From the NCBI GenBank assembly GCA_963699545.1, contig CAVOUE010000003.1, positions 96,001 to 160,000 on the forward strand: 64,000 nt of DNA. Direction: 5' to 3'. Shown here piece after piece: positions 53,656-63,873 of the stretch. Source of the stretch: Nitrospirota bacterium (GTDB lineage: Bacteria > Nitrospirota > Thermodesulfovibrionia > Thermodesulfovibrionales > UBA9159). Below the pieces are notes generated by a model. The model searched no databases, had not been told where the DNA came from, and worked only from the letters and a program-made list of their open reading frames with translations. The first letter of the stretch is position 1; every line of letters begins with the position of its first letter. The position numbers and the translations under genes are program-made.

Positions 53656-54100
53656 ATGGCGGGAAGAAAGCTCACAAAAGAATTGACCGACGACGAAAAA
53701 AAGAGGCATGCCCCTCTATCCCATCGGGGTCGTCTCCGAACTCCTCGGAACCACGGACCAGACATTACGACTCTATGAAAAGCACGGCCTCATAAAACCT
53801 GCGCGGCGCAACAAGAACCGGTTCTATTCCGAGAACGACATCAAGTGGCTCAGGTGTGTGCGGGACCTCATCCATGTGAAAAAAATCAGCATCGAAGGGA
53901 TCAAGAAACTCCTCGAATTTGCGCCGTGCTGGGAAATCACCGCCTGTCCCGATGAGAGGAAGATCAGGTGCACCGCCTTCATCGACAAGACAAAACCGTG
54001 CTGGGAACTGAACAGGATGATCTGCAACAAGGAAGCCGGGAAGGACTGCGACGAGTGCATCGTGTACCTTGCGCGCTACGACAGAAAGAGGAAAAACTAA
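53656..54100 (+). CDS. MerR-family regulator with Cys-rich C-terminal domain, apparent frameshift near 53707
   Basis: YPIGVVSELL...TLRLYEKHGLI...RFYS; PCWE...C...C...PCWE...C...CDEC; upstream ATG at 53656 is one base out of frame. Confidence 0.85.
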
Positions 54101-54193
54101 CCTCTTCTCCTGAAAAGCATACGCCTCCCCGTGCCTTCACGGATGCCGGAGTGACTTCAGAATCGTGAACGCCTTACCCGATAAGAAGACGGA

Positions 54194-54541
54194 TTACTTC
54201 CCCTTCTTCATGTCAATGGATTTGGCAGAGACTTTGGGATCGATGAGATACGCCTCCTTGAAATACCGGGCGGTCTCGGTATCGCCCCAGAAGTTCTCCT
54301 TCCCCTTGCGAGATCCTTTTCTCTTTACCTCGTAGTTCGCATAGCCGAGCAGATAAAGCGCCTCCGCGTCCGGCTTCTGTGCAACGTAATCACTGAGATA
54401 CTTCACCGCGGTACTGTAGTCTTTCTTGAGATACGCGCGGCGGCCCTTCTCGAACAGTTCGTCCTGTGCATACAGCACCTGGACCGAAAAGATTACAGCA
54501 ACCAGAACAGCGAAGAAGAGTACTGCGGTTCTTTGCATCAT
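54194..54541 (-). CDS. Secreted TPR-like protein
   Basis: Signal peptide; GRRAYLKKDY...AEALYLLGY. Confidence 0.7.
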   Translation of the reverse strand: MMQRTAVLFFAVLVAVIFSVQVLYAQDELFEKGRRAYLKKDYSTAVKYLSDYVAQKPDAEALYLLGYANYEVKRKGSRKGKENFWGDTETARYFKEAYLIDPKVSAKSIDMKKGK

Positions 54542-54548
54542 GCACCTC

Positions 54549-56856
54549 CTAATCAAAATCCGGTTTCAACGGTTCCCTTGTCTCTCTGATCCCCGGGGAC
54601 AAAGAATACTCCCTGGGCTGGGTACCGCGTTTAAAATATTCCCTTATCCCTGACCCCGTATCTTTTGCAAGGAGTCCACTGCCGGGATCTATGGGATAAC
54701 TCACGATCCCTTCCGGCATTGCAAAAGTATGCTCTCCGATCTCCACGGCTCTCATGAAACTGACCCAGACGGGGGATGCAGCCCGCGCTCCCGTCTCCTG
54801 ATTCCCGAGAGGTCGCATGTCATCAAAGCCCACCCACACAGCTGCAAGCATATCCGGCACATACCCGACAAACCATGCGTCCCGGTAGTCATTGGTCGTC
54901 CCGGTTTTTCCCGCCACGGGTCTTCCCAGGGCCTTTGCCCTCCATCCTGTCCCATAGTTTACAACATCTTCCATCATCGAGGTAATCAAGAAAGCGGTCT
55001 CAGCGGCTATGACCTGATCTCCCGCCGGTTCACTGCTCTCCAGAACTCTCCCCTGTGAGTCGGTGACATACTTAACGGAAATGGGCTTCATCTTCATGCC
55101 GCCGCTGGCAAACACGCTGTACCCAGCGGCCAGTTCCAGGGGTGTCACGCTCATGCTGCCAAGGGCAATGCTCAGATTGTGGGGCATGTCGCTGTCGATC
55201 CCGATCTTTCTGGTAAATTCGATCAGCTTGTCGACCCCCATCGCGTCCACCAGTTTTACGGTAACAACGTTCCGGGAATATGCCAGCGCTTCCCGCAGCC
55301 GCGTAAGGCCGTAGTGTTTGCGGTCATAGTTCTCGGGACTCCAGTCCCCCTTCGGCCCGCCCTTGTACGTTACCGGCTCGTCGTTGATCACGCTGGCAGG
55401 GGTAAACCCATTATCCATGGCAGCGGCATAGATCACCGGCTTGAAGGCAGAACCGGGCTGCCTCTTTGCGAACACAGCCCTGTTGAATTCTGACCGCGAG
55501 TAATCGTATCCACCCACCAGCGCCCTGATAAACCCTGTGCTGGGATCCATGGCCACGAGAGCTCCCTCTGCCTCCGGCTCCTGCTCCAGGGTCAGCTCCG
55601 CCATGTGACCCTTTGATGACCTGAATCCCACTTTCACCACGTCGCCGACCTTGAGTATCTTGTCCAGCGTGAAATTGCTGATCTGGCTTGTCTTGCCGCT
55701 TTTCGGATCCAGCCGGGTGGCCGCCCACCGCGCGTTCTCCATTGAGAGTCTCCCGATCACCCCCCTCGCCTTCAGGATCGCCTCTTTGGCACTCACCCTG
55801 AGGACGACTCCCGATACAACATCTCCGGTGTTGGTGATGACGGAAGAGACGGAATCCTTTTTCTTCATTTCCTTGTCCACATCCACGTCCCGGTGATCAA
55901 TGCGGCCCCTCCATCCCCTTCTCTTGTCAAGCTCCCGCAGCCCTTCCTGAAGGGCCTGGGCAGCCGCGGCCTGCGCACGCTTGTCCAGCGTGGTATGGAC
56001 GCTCAGTCCGCCCTTGTATACCGCATCAACCCCGTATCTCTCCTCGAGGTATTTCCTCACATACTCCACGAAGTAGTTGTTTGCCTCCTGACCCTTCCGG
56101 ATGGTCGAAAGATAGAGCGGCTGTTTTGCCGCCTTTTCCTTCTCGGACCGCTTTATATACCCTTCCTCTTCCATGCGCCCAAGGACCGTTCTCCTGCCTG
56201 TCCTTGGCCTTTGTGAGATTGTTATAGGGAGAATAAGTAGCAGGCGCCTTAATCAGACCGGCCAGAAGGGCTGCCTCGGGAACGGTGACCTCCTTGACGG
56301 ATTTACCGAAATATACCCTCGACGCCATCTCCATACCGTAGGCGCCGTGTCCGAGATATACCCTGTTGAGATAGAGTTCAAGGATATCCGTTTTATCCAG
56401 GTTCTTTTCGATCTTCATCGCCAGGGCGGCTTCCCTCACCTTTCTCTGCAGCGTCTTTTCGGGCGTGAGAAAGGTGATCTTGGCAAGCTGCTGCGTTATG
56501 GTGCTCCCGCCTTCCTTAAGACCGACATGGAGCACGTCCTTCACCGCCGCCCTTACAATGGCAAGGTAGTCTATGCCCTTATGCTTCCAGAACCTCCCGT
56601 CCTCCACAGCCACCACCGCATTCACCAGGTATTGGGGCATCCTGTTCAGGGGCACAAAGACCCCTTTTTCTATCTTGAGCTCTCCCACCAGGGTATCGTC
56701 ATCAGCATAGACCTTCGTACCCGGGACTGCCTTGTACTGCTTAAGCTCTTCCACAGAGGGAACCCCTCCCAGGGCGATATACGCCCCTGCTGAAATACCC
56801 AGGACAACTGCGATAATGATTAAGAAAAGGAGGTTCCGTACCCGCGAGGATTTCAT
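54549..56856 (-). CDS. mrcA: Penicillin-binding protein 1A, frameshifted near 56180
   Basis: Transglycosylase motifs EDGRF, GGSTITQQ; transpeptidase motifs SAFK, SRN, KTG. Confidence 0.92.
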
Positions 56857-56887
56857 TGATTTCCGCTACGCCTGATCGTCATTCAAA

Positions 56888-56917
56888 ATTATACCCCCCG
56901 ACACGCTTTTCTGTCAA
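56888..56917 (-). promoter_or_regulatory. Sigma70-type promoter of PBP1A gene
   Basis: TTGACA-18 nt-TATAAT on the minus strand. Confidence 0.55.
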
Positions 56918-57098
56918 AATAAAGAGCCTGTAAAGAGAGCGCTGTGGATCCGGAAAAGTCTTTGCGTGCCTGTGCTGGAAGGCAAGCGTTTGTCATTCCA
57001 TGCGCTCATTATCCATTTCACAATGGACCAACAATCATTTCACAGCAAAATATAATATAAATCAAGGACTTACGTTTTTCTTATTTTTTTCTTGACAG

Positions 57099-57156
57099 AT
57101 ACCATATATTGTGGTTAAATCTACTCTGGACAGCAAAAGAATACAAAACCTAGAGA
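57099..57156 (+). promoter_or_regulatory. Tandem NrdR boxes upstream of nrdJ
   Basis: ATACCATATATTGTGG (57099) and weaker ATACAAAACCTAGAGA (57141), 42 bp apart, next to TTGACA at 57092. Confidence 0.65.
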
Positions 57157-57310
57157 TAATCCATTGTGATAACGAGGTTCTTGAAGGAAGTAGAGAAAGG
57201 GGTCAGTAACCAGCCTGTTTTCCCAGCATACGGAAGATTTTACAAAGCTTTACTGTTCAGAAATCCCTTTTTTCGATAACACCGAATTCATACATTTCAG
57301 AGGAGGAATC

Positions 57311-59587
57311 ATGAAGGTTTCAAGCGGTCTCAGCCTCACCCCGAATGCGGTGAAGGTCCTCGAGAAGAGGTACCTTAAGAAAGACGAAGAGGGCAAGATC
57401 GTAGAGACCCCTGATGAGATGTTCAGGAGGATCTCAAAGGCGGTGGCATCTGCTGACCTGGCCTACGGAAAGACCCCCGAGAAAGTGGCGAGGACAGAAG
57501 AGGAATTCTATGGCATGATGACCTCCCTCTCCTTCCTTCCCAACAGTCCCACCCTCATGAACGCAGGCAGGAGGCTGGGACAACTCAGCGCCTGTTTTGT
57601 TCTTCCTGTGGGCGACTCAATGGAATCCATATTCGATGCGGTGAAGAATGCTGCTATCATTCACAAGTCAGGGGGCGGTACCGGTTTCAGTTTCTCGAGG
57701 CTGAGACCTAACGGCGACGTGGTGGGTTCCACAAAAGGCATCTCCTCCGGCCCCATATCCTTTATGACCGTCTTCGATACCGCCACAGAGGCGGTGAAAC
57801 AGGGGGGGACAAGGCGTGGTGCCAACATGGGCCTGCTGAGGGTGGACCATCCCGACATCCTCGATTTCATCACCTGCAAGGACGAAAATACCAGGCTCAA
57901 CAACTTCAATATCTCGGTGGGCCTCACCGAAGAGTTTATGAAGGCCCTGGATGAAGACCGGGAATATTACCTCCTCAACCCCAGGACCAAGCAGGTGACG
58001 CAAAAGCTCAGGGCAAAGGACGTCTTCCACCTCATCGTGAACCACGCATGGAAGAACGGTGAGCCCGGGATCGTCTTTCTCGACAGGTTGAACGAGTCGA
58101 ATCCCACCCCGCACCTGGGAGAGATTGAGTCCACAAACCCCTGCGGTGAACAGCCTCTCCTCCCTTTCGAGTCCTGCAACCTCGGTTCTATAAACCTCCT
58201 GAAGATGGTAAAGACCGTCAGCGGTCAGCGGTCAGCGGTCAGCGATCAAAACGCATCGCCGCGCTATGAGGTTGACTGGGAAGGCCTGAAGGACATCACA
58301 TGGAAGGCGGTGCACTTCCTTGACAATGTCATCGAAGTCAACAAATATCCCCTTACCCAGATCGAAGAGATGACAAAGGCAAACAGGAAGATCGGCCTCG
58401 GGGTCATGGGATGGGCGGACATGCTCATCCGCCTCGGCATCCCCTATAACTCACCTGACGCGGTCGTACTCGCCGAAGAGGTGATGGGGTTCATGCAGAA
58501 GGAAGGGAAGAACGCATCCGCTGCCCTTGCAGAAAAGCGGGGTGTCTTCCCGAACTATACAGGGAGCATCTATGACGGAAAGATTCGCCTGAGGAACGGC
58601 ACGGTCACTACTATCGCACCCACCGGCACCCTTTCGATCATCGCAGGCTGTTCATCAGGCATCGAGCCCCTCTTTGCGGTCTCCTATGTAAGGACCGTGA
58701 TGGAGGGCACAAAGCTGATCGAGGTGAACCCTCATTTCGAGGAAGTGGCAAAAGGAAGAGGCTTCTGGACGCGGAAGCTCATGGAGCAGGTGGCGGAGAA
58801 GGGAAGCCTCCACGGGTTCACCGAAATACCGGAAGAGGTGAGAAAGGTCTTTGTCACGGCCCATGACATCACGCCCCTTGAGCACGTGAAGATGCAGGGC
58901 GCGTTCCAGAAATATGTGGACAATGCAGTATCAAAGACCGTGAATTTCCCCCACCATGCGTCGCCTAAGGACGTGGAGGATGTCTATCTCCTGGCCTACA
59001 AACTCGGGTGCAAGGGGGTCACGGTGTACCGCGACGGCTCCAGGGAAGAACAGGTCCTTTCCACGGGAAAGACGGAACAGAAGACGCAGCGTCACGAGCA
59101 GACCGAAAAGATCCTCCCGAAGAAGAGACCCGAAGTGATACGGGGCACCACCCGGTTCATGAAGACCGGATGCGGCAACCTCTATGTCACCATCAACGAG
59201 GACGAAAACGGCCATCTCTTCGAGCTCTTCACCTCGATGGGCAAGGCAGGGGGGTGCGCCTCGAGCCAGGCAGAGGCCATAGGGAGGCTTGTCTCCCTTG
59301 CCTTCAGGTCGAATATCGACCCCTCAGAGGTGGTGAAGCAGCTTAAGGGAATCTCGTGCCACCAACCCGCGTGGTCCAATGGAGGGAAGATCCACTCCTG
59401 CTCCGACGCGATAGCAAAGGCCATGGAGAAATATCATATGAGATCCGAAAAAGGGAACGGCAACGGCCATAAGGACGGCCACCAGGAGATGATGATCATG
59501 GGCGCCTGTCCTGAATGCGGCGGAGCGGTTGAGCACGAAGGAGGCTGTGCGGTCTGTCATAACTGCGGGTTCACCCGCTGCGGATAG
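57311..59587 (+). CDS. nrdJ: Class II (B12-dependent) ribonucleotide reductase with C-terminal TSCPD/Zn-ribbon region
   Basis: PNSPTLMNAG, SACFV, TNPCGE, IAPTGT, VYRDGSR, CPEC...CHNC. Confidence 0.95.
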   Translation: MKVSSGLSLTPNAVKVLEKRYLKKDEEGKIVETPDEMFRRISKAVASADLAYGKTPEKVARTEEEFYGMMTSLSFLPNSPTLMNAGRRLGQLSACFVLPVGDSMESIFDAVKNAAIIHKSGGGTGFSFSRLRPNGDVVGSTKGISSGPISFMTVFDTATEAVKQGGTRRGANMGLLRVDHPDILDFITCKDENTRLNNFNISVGLTEEFMKALDEDREYYLLNPRTKQVTQKLRAKDVFHLIVNHAWKNGEPGIVFLDRLNESNPTPHLGEIESTNPCGEQPLLPFESCNLGSINLLKMVKTVSGQRSAVSDQNASPRYEVDWEGLKDITWKAVHFLDNVIEVNKYPLTQIEEMTKANRKIGLGVMGWADMLIRLGIPYNSPDAVVLAEEVMGFMQKEGKNASAALAEKRGVFPNYTGSIYDGKIRLRNGTVTTIAPTGTLSIIAGCSSGIEPLFAVSYVRTVMEGTKLIEVNPHFEEVAKGRGFWTRKLMEQVAEKGSLHGFTEIPEEVRKVFVTAHDITPLEHVKMQGAFQKYVDNAVSKTVNFPHHASPKDVEDVYLLAYKLGCKGVTVYRDGSREEQVLSTGKTEQKTQRHEQTEKILPKKRPEVIRGTTRFMKTGCGNLYVTINEDENGHLFELFTSMGKAGGCASSQAEAIGRLVSLAFRSNIDPSEVVKQLKGISCHQPAWSNGGKIHSCSDAIAKAMEKYHMRSEKGNGNGHKDGHQEMMIMGACPECGGAVEHEGGCAVCHNCGFTRCG

Positions 59588-59598
59588 GGGGGCCAGGG

Positions 59599-60006
59599 AT
59601 GCAGCCAGATACCCGCACCTGTATCGCATACATAGCAGGCAGGATCGTCTCAGGCAGGGGACATTTTGTCCTGTACGACTATGCCCGCGCCCTGCATATC
59701 GATATGTCAGGCCGCACCCATTCCCACTGCCTGAGACAGTTCGGGAACGCGAGGAAGATTTCTCTGTCCCGCTCTGACAGGGGAGGCAGGTACCGGTATA
59801 CCTGCAGAAGCGGCCATTTCTTCGACGTCGCCGTCCACGACACTACCTTCATCGGATATGTGAGCGAAGGCTCTTCTCATTTCATCGGTACGGTAAGGGG
59901 AGAAGCCATCTACCTCTATGACTACAGTGAATCTGCCGATTTCAGTTACAGGATATCAAGACGTGCAGTGGAGGACGACACGTATTCTCTGCTTTGCATT
60001 GACTGA
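59599..60006 (+). CDS. Hypothetical protein
   Basis: 135-aa ORF packed between nrdJ and the deaminase, with a repeated LYDY motif. Confidence 0.6.
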   Translation: MQPDTRTCIAYIAGRIVSGRGHFVLYDYARALHIDMSGRTHSHCLRQFGNARKISLSRSDRGGRYRYTCRSGHFFDVAVHDTTFIGYVSEGSSHFIGTVRGEAIYLYDYSESADFSYRISRRAVEDDTYSLLCID

Positions 60007-60031
60007 AGCGTAGCGGACAACGGGAGGATGT

Positions 60032-60529
60032 ATGAAACACGATAACGGGAAGAGGCGCTTCAAGAGGCTTTCGTGGGATGAATACTTCATAGAGATATCC
60101 CTGGTAGTATCCGCTCGATCCACCTGCCTCCGGAGGAGATACGGCGCGGTCATCGTGAAGGACAACGTCATCGTCAGCACGGGCTACAACGGCGCGCCGC
60201 GCGGCTCGGTGAACTGCACTGACCGCGGCACCTGCAAGCGGCAGGAACTGAACATCCCGGCCGGGGAGCGGTATGAACTCTGCGAGGCGGTCCATGCAGA
60301 ACAGAACGCCATCATCAACGGAGCCCCCGAGCGAATGAAGGACGCCACCATCTACATCGCGGGGTTCGAGGACAGCGACCTGTTCGCAGAAGGAAGGCCT
60401 TGCCTCCTCTGCAGGAGGATGATACGGAACGCGCGAATACAGCACGTTGTCTACCTCTCGAAGGACGGCAGCATCGTACGCGTGGAGGATGTGCAGGAGC
60501 TGGATGCTGCGCCGATCACAATGGAATGA
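60032..60529 (+). CDS. dCMP deaminase family protein
   Basis: RSTCLRR, GYNG, HAEQNA, PCLLC. Confidence 0.9.
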   Translation: MKHDNGKRRFKRLSWDEYFIEISLVVSARSTCLRRRYGAVIVKDNVIVSTGYNGAPRGSVNCTDRGTCKRQELNIPAGERYELCEAVHAEQNAIINGAPERMKDATIYIAGFEDSDLFAEGRPCLLCRRMIRNARIQHVVYLSKDGSIVRVEDVQELDAAPITME

Positions 60530-60563
60530 GGATTCCGATCCTGGAGCAAAAAGGAGCGCACTC

Positions 60564-61424
60564 ATGGGGCTGAGAGGGAAGATGCTGTTTGCCGTGCTTC
60601 TCGTGTTTCTTGCGGTCACTGTTGCCGCGGCACAAGAGGATGAAGGAGGACAGGCGTATAAGGACACCCCCTACTTCTCGGGAATGCCGAACTATTACAT
60701 CAGTGACGCCGGCGATAAAGAGTTTGACGAATACCACTTCTACAATGGCAAGAACTGCACCACAGTGGAAGGGCAGAAGTTCTTGAGGGTGTACTCATGG
60801 AAGCAGACCGCGAAGCAGGGCAGCGACCTCCAGATCACCCGGAATTACGCAAACGCTGTGCGGAGCATGGGGGGAACTGTCTTCTTCGAGGGACAGTGCT
60901 CAGGCGCCGACTGCGCGGAGAATTGCGGCTACCGGATGATGACAGGCAAGATCACAAAAGGTGGCAATGAGGTGTGGGTCGAAGTCGTTCCATACAACGA
61001 TGGGGGAGATTACCACATGACCATCATCGTCAAAGAGGCGATGAAACAGGACGTCACTGCAGGCGATATGCTGAAGGCCTTAAATGCCGACGGGCACATC
61101 GCCCTTTATATCAATTTTGATACCGGCATGGCGATCATCAAACCTGAATCACAGCCCGTCATCAACGAGATTGCCGCGCTCATGAAGAAGAACCCCGACC
61201 TCAGGCTTGGCATAGAGGGCCATACCGATAACGTGGGCGACCGCAAAAACAATAAGTTTCTTTCAGAAGAGCGCGCCAGGTCCGTTGTAGGAGCATTAGT
61301 GAACCTGGGCATCGATCCAAAACGTCTCACCCCTGCCGGATTCGGGCCGGACAGGCCCATTGCCGACAATAAGACTGAGGAAGGAAAGGCAAAGAATAGA
61401 AGAGTGGAATTGGTGAAGAAGTAA
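60564..61424 (+). CDS. OmpA-family protein
   Basis: Signal peptide; IEGHTD, LSEERA, NRRVE. Confidence 0.88.
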   Translation: MGLRGKMLFAVLLVFLAVTVAAAQEDEGGQAYKDTPYFSGMPNYYISDAGDKEFDEYHFYNGKNCTTVEGQKFLRVYSWKQTAKQGSDLQITRNYANAVRSMGGTVFFEGQCSGADCAENCGYRMMTGKITKGGNEVWVEVVPYNDGGDYHMTIIVKEAMKQDVTAGDMLKALNADGHIALYINFDTGMAIIKPESQPVINEIAALMKKNPDLRLGIEGHTDNVGDRKNNKFLSEERARSVVGALVNLGIDPKRLTPAGFGPDRPIADNKTEEGKAKNRRVELVKK

Positions 61425-61522
61425 GGAGAAACCAGAGGGCAGTTCATCGAGAACTGCCTTAGGCGTAGGCTGTGCGGCAAGAGTTTCCCGTGGTACTCTT
61501 TAATTACTCGAGGAGGTGAAAG

Positions 61523-61819
61523 ATGGGGGAAAAACGCTCTCTATTTTTCTTGGGAGCTCTGCTCATAGTGATTTCTTTAAGTGCCTGTGCCACCACGCGC
61601 ACCGAAGATCCGGAAGAGAGGGTCATTGCGGCCTATATACAGCAATGCAAGAGCCTGGAATATAAGTGGAAACATGGGGAAGTGTACGTCGTGGACCCCA
61701 CAAGGAACATAACGGACAGGGGATGTCCCACTGCATTGATGCGGGGATGGAGGGACGGCGTCCTGATCGTGGAAAAGGAAGTGGAAGTGTGCGAGTGTAA
61801 AGAGCGGCACAGGAAATAG
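61523..61819 (+). CDS. Putative lipoprotein
   Basis: SD GAGGAGGT; lipobox LSAC. Confidence 0.65.
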   Translation: MGEKRSLFFLGALLIVISLSACATTRTEDPEERVIAAYIQQCKSLEYKWKHGEVYVVDPTRNITDRGCPTALMRGWRDGVLIVEKEVEVCECKERHRK

Positions 61820-61888
61820 GGAGACACGGAAGAGAAGAACCGGGGTGCGGCAGACCCAGCGGCAAATATAAGACCCGGAAGGTAAGAC

Positions 61889-62142
61889 ATGAACTACAAA
61901 CAATTTATCAACCTGAACTGCGAATTCCTTCCGTGCCATACTCTGAAAGACTGGCATTCATGCCTGTTCTGCTATGCCCCTTATTTCTGCTTTCCTGCCC
62001 CGGTTCATTCTCAGTCCTGCCCTCGGGCATGAAAGACTGTTCCAGGTGCGTTATCCCCCACACCGTAACCGGCTGGGACGTCATCCAGAATGAACTCCAG
62101 GAACAGTTGTACAGTCAGGGCAAAAGATCTATAGAGGTTTAG
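61889..62142 (+). CDS. Cysteine-rich small domain protein, frameshifted near 61975
   Basis: NCEFLPCH...CLFCY(C)PL...KDCSRCVIPH after restoring one base. Confidence 0.7.
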
Positions 62143-62175
62143 ACTTACCGTTTTCCGTGTTTCCGGTCTGTTTAG

Positions 62176-62400
62176 CCCCCCTTTGAAAATCTTAGTGAGC
62201 GAAAGAGGCCCAAGGGTTAAGAATTTTAGAGTGTCTGAGCCCCGAAATTCTTAAATCAGAGAAATCCTTGCGGGGCGAGTTTGCTAAAATTTACCGGAGG
62301 CCGACTGAGCGAACGCCCGAAGATTTTCAGGGGTGCCGTTCTTTTGGTTACTTTTCTTGGGCAAGCAAGAAAAGTAACCGGGGTAGGGGGCAGCGCCCTC
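62176..62400. repeat. Structured palindromic REP/MITE-like element
   Basis: Perfect 14-bp stem GGTTACTTTTCTTG/CAAGAAAAGTAACC plus nested inverted repeats. Confidence 0.55.
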
Positions 62401-62513
62401 TTCCGAGCCACATTGCTTTTCTTCCGGGAAAAGAATTAGTATCGGTACAAGGGGAGGGAAAGCAATTTCCCGCTTTTGGTAGTAAACCTTCTCGTTCTTG
62501 CAGAGGTCTGAGA

Positions 62514-62975
62514 ATGAAGTACCACATATTCAGGCCGGGGCATCTCTGGATAAACTTCAATATTGCTCTCTTTCTTGGATATACCCTGTTCGGCATCCCT
62601 TCACTGTTCTGGCCCGCCCCGCTAAAGAATGTTGGATTTATTCTGCTCCACCTCGCCACATTGGCAGTTGACGCCTTTGTCGTCTATGCGCTGATCATGA
62701 GGAAATTCCGCATCAACTATCTTATCGTGCTCATTTCTCTTCTCATGGTCGTGCATCTCCTGCTTTTCATATTGGTCCCCCTGGGGATGGTGCTCGCCTA
62801 CATCGGTCCCTCAAGGGCGTTTTACACGCTTTTTCTCACCCTCACGTCCCAGTTTGGAGGGGTGAAATTCTCCTCGTACGCACTCCTGACATTCAATGCT
62901 GTTATGGTCATCATTCATCTCAAGAATATCTTTTACTTCAAGAGAAGAGACGTGGCTGCTCTGTTCCACGCATAG
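62514..62975 (+). CDS. Hypothetical membrane protein
   Basis: Four or more hydrophobic segments. Confidence 0.6.
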   Translation: MKYHIFRPGHLWINFNIALFLGYTLFGIPSLFWPAPLKNVGFILLHLATLAVDAFVVYALIMRKFRINYLIVLISLLMVVHLLLFILVPLGMVLAYIGPSRAFYTLFLTLTSQFGGVKFSSYALLTFNAVMVIIHLKNIFYFKRRDVAALFHA

Positions 62976-63058
62976 TGCTTCTTGCGCCTCTTTTTTCTAC
63001 AATAGCCTGCATCTCATCTGTTCTGTTACAATAGTGAACCCAACAAACGGAGGAGAAC

Positions 63059-63583
63059 ATGAAAAGAATAGCTTATTTTGTTGTGCTCATCCTCATCATC
63101 GGCGGATGTCAGCAGCAGAAGGAAGAGCCGCAGTCCAAACCCCAATTCCCTGCAGGCCCGATTCTGGCACCGGACACCCTGAGGCTGGCCCAGGAGGCGG
63201 TAAAGGTGGACCCGAAGAACGTGAATGCATGGATACAACTCGGCAACATGCTGATGGACTCTTCCCGTTTCAACGAGGCCGTCGACGCATATCAAAAGGC
63301 GCTGGAGCTTGACCCCAAGAACGTCGACGTAAGGGTTGATATGGGAACGTGCTACAGGAACAGCGGCAAGGCTGATATGGCACTGAAGGAATACAGGAAG
63401 GCCGTGGAACTGAACCCGAACCATGCCTTTGCACACCTGAACCTGGCTGTTGTTCTGGGAAGCGACTTTAAAGACAAGGCCCAGGCCATAAAGGAATATG
63501 AGAAATATCTTCAGCTTGTGCCAAATGCGCAGAACGCAGCGCAGGTCAGGCAGCAGATACAGAACCTGAAGACTTCAAAATAA
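63059..63583 (+). CDS. TPR-repeat lipoprotein
   Basis: Lipobox IGGC; TPR repeats (ALELDPKNVD, AVELNPNH). Confidence 0.85.
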   Translation: MKRIAYFVVLILIIGGCQQQKEEPQSKPQFPAGPILAPDTLRLAQEAVKVDPKNVNAWIQLGNMLMDSSRFNEAVDAYQKALELDPKNVDVRVDMGTCYRNSGKADMALKEYRKAVELNPNHAFAHLNLAVVLGSDFKDKAQAIKEYEKYLQLVPNAQNAAQVRQQIQNLKTSK

Positions 63584-63641
63584 GAAACCCCTTCACCATG
63601 GGGTGTCCTCTCTATGCCGACAATGATCTTAGGAGGGATAT

Positions 63642-63842
63642 ATGCCGTATGTGAATATCAGGATAACAAAGGACGGCGCCACTGCTGAACAGAAGGCAGA
63701 AGTTATCAAAGGCGTCACAAAGCTCCTTGCGGACATCCTTGGAAAGAACCCGCAGACCACGATGGTCGTCATTGACGAAGTCGAGACCGACAACTGGGGG
63801 ATCGGTGGGGAGACCGTGACAGTGCGGCGGAAACGCGGTTAG
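63642..63842 (+). CDS. 4-oxalocrotonate tautomerase family protein
   Basis: N-terminal Pro (MPYVNI), WGIGG motif. Confidence 0.9.
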   Translation: MPYVNIRITKDGATAEQKAEVIKGVTKLLADILGKNPQTTMVVIDEVETDNWGIGGETVTVRRKRG

Positions 63843-63873
63843 AGTCTGAGAACGGGCGGCCACCATTGTTGAT

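Noticed and set aside
53499-53860. DGR template/variable repeat pair
   Set aside because: Differences include C/T and G/A changes and an indel, so they are not adenine-specific; no reverse transcriptase in the window
57160-57310. Cobalamin riboswitch upstream of nrdJ
   Set aside because: No recognisable B12-box or conserved core seen by eye
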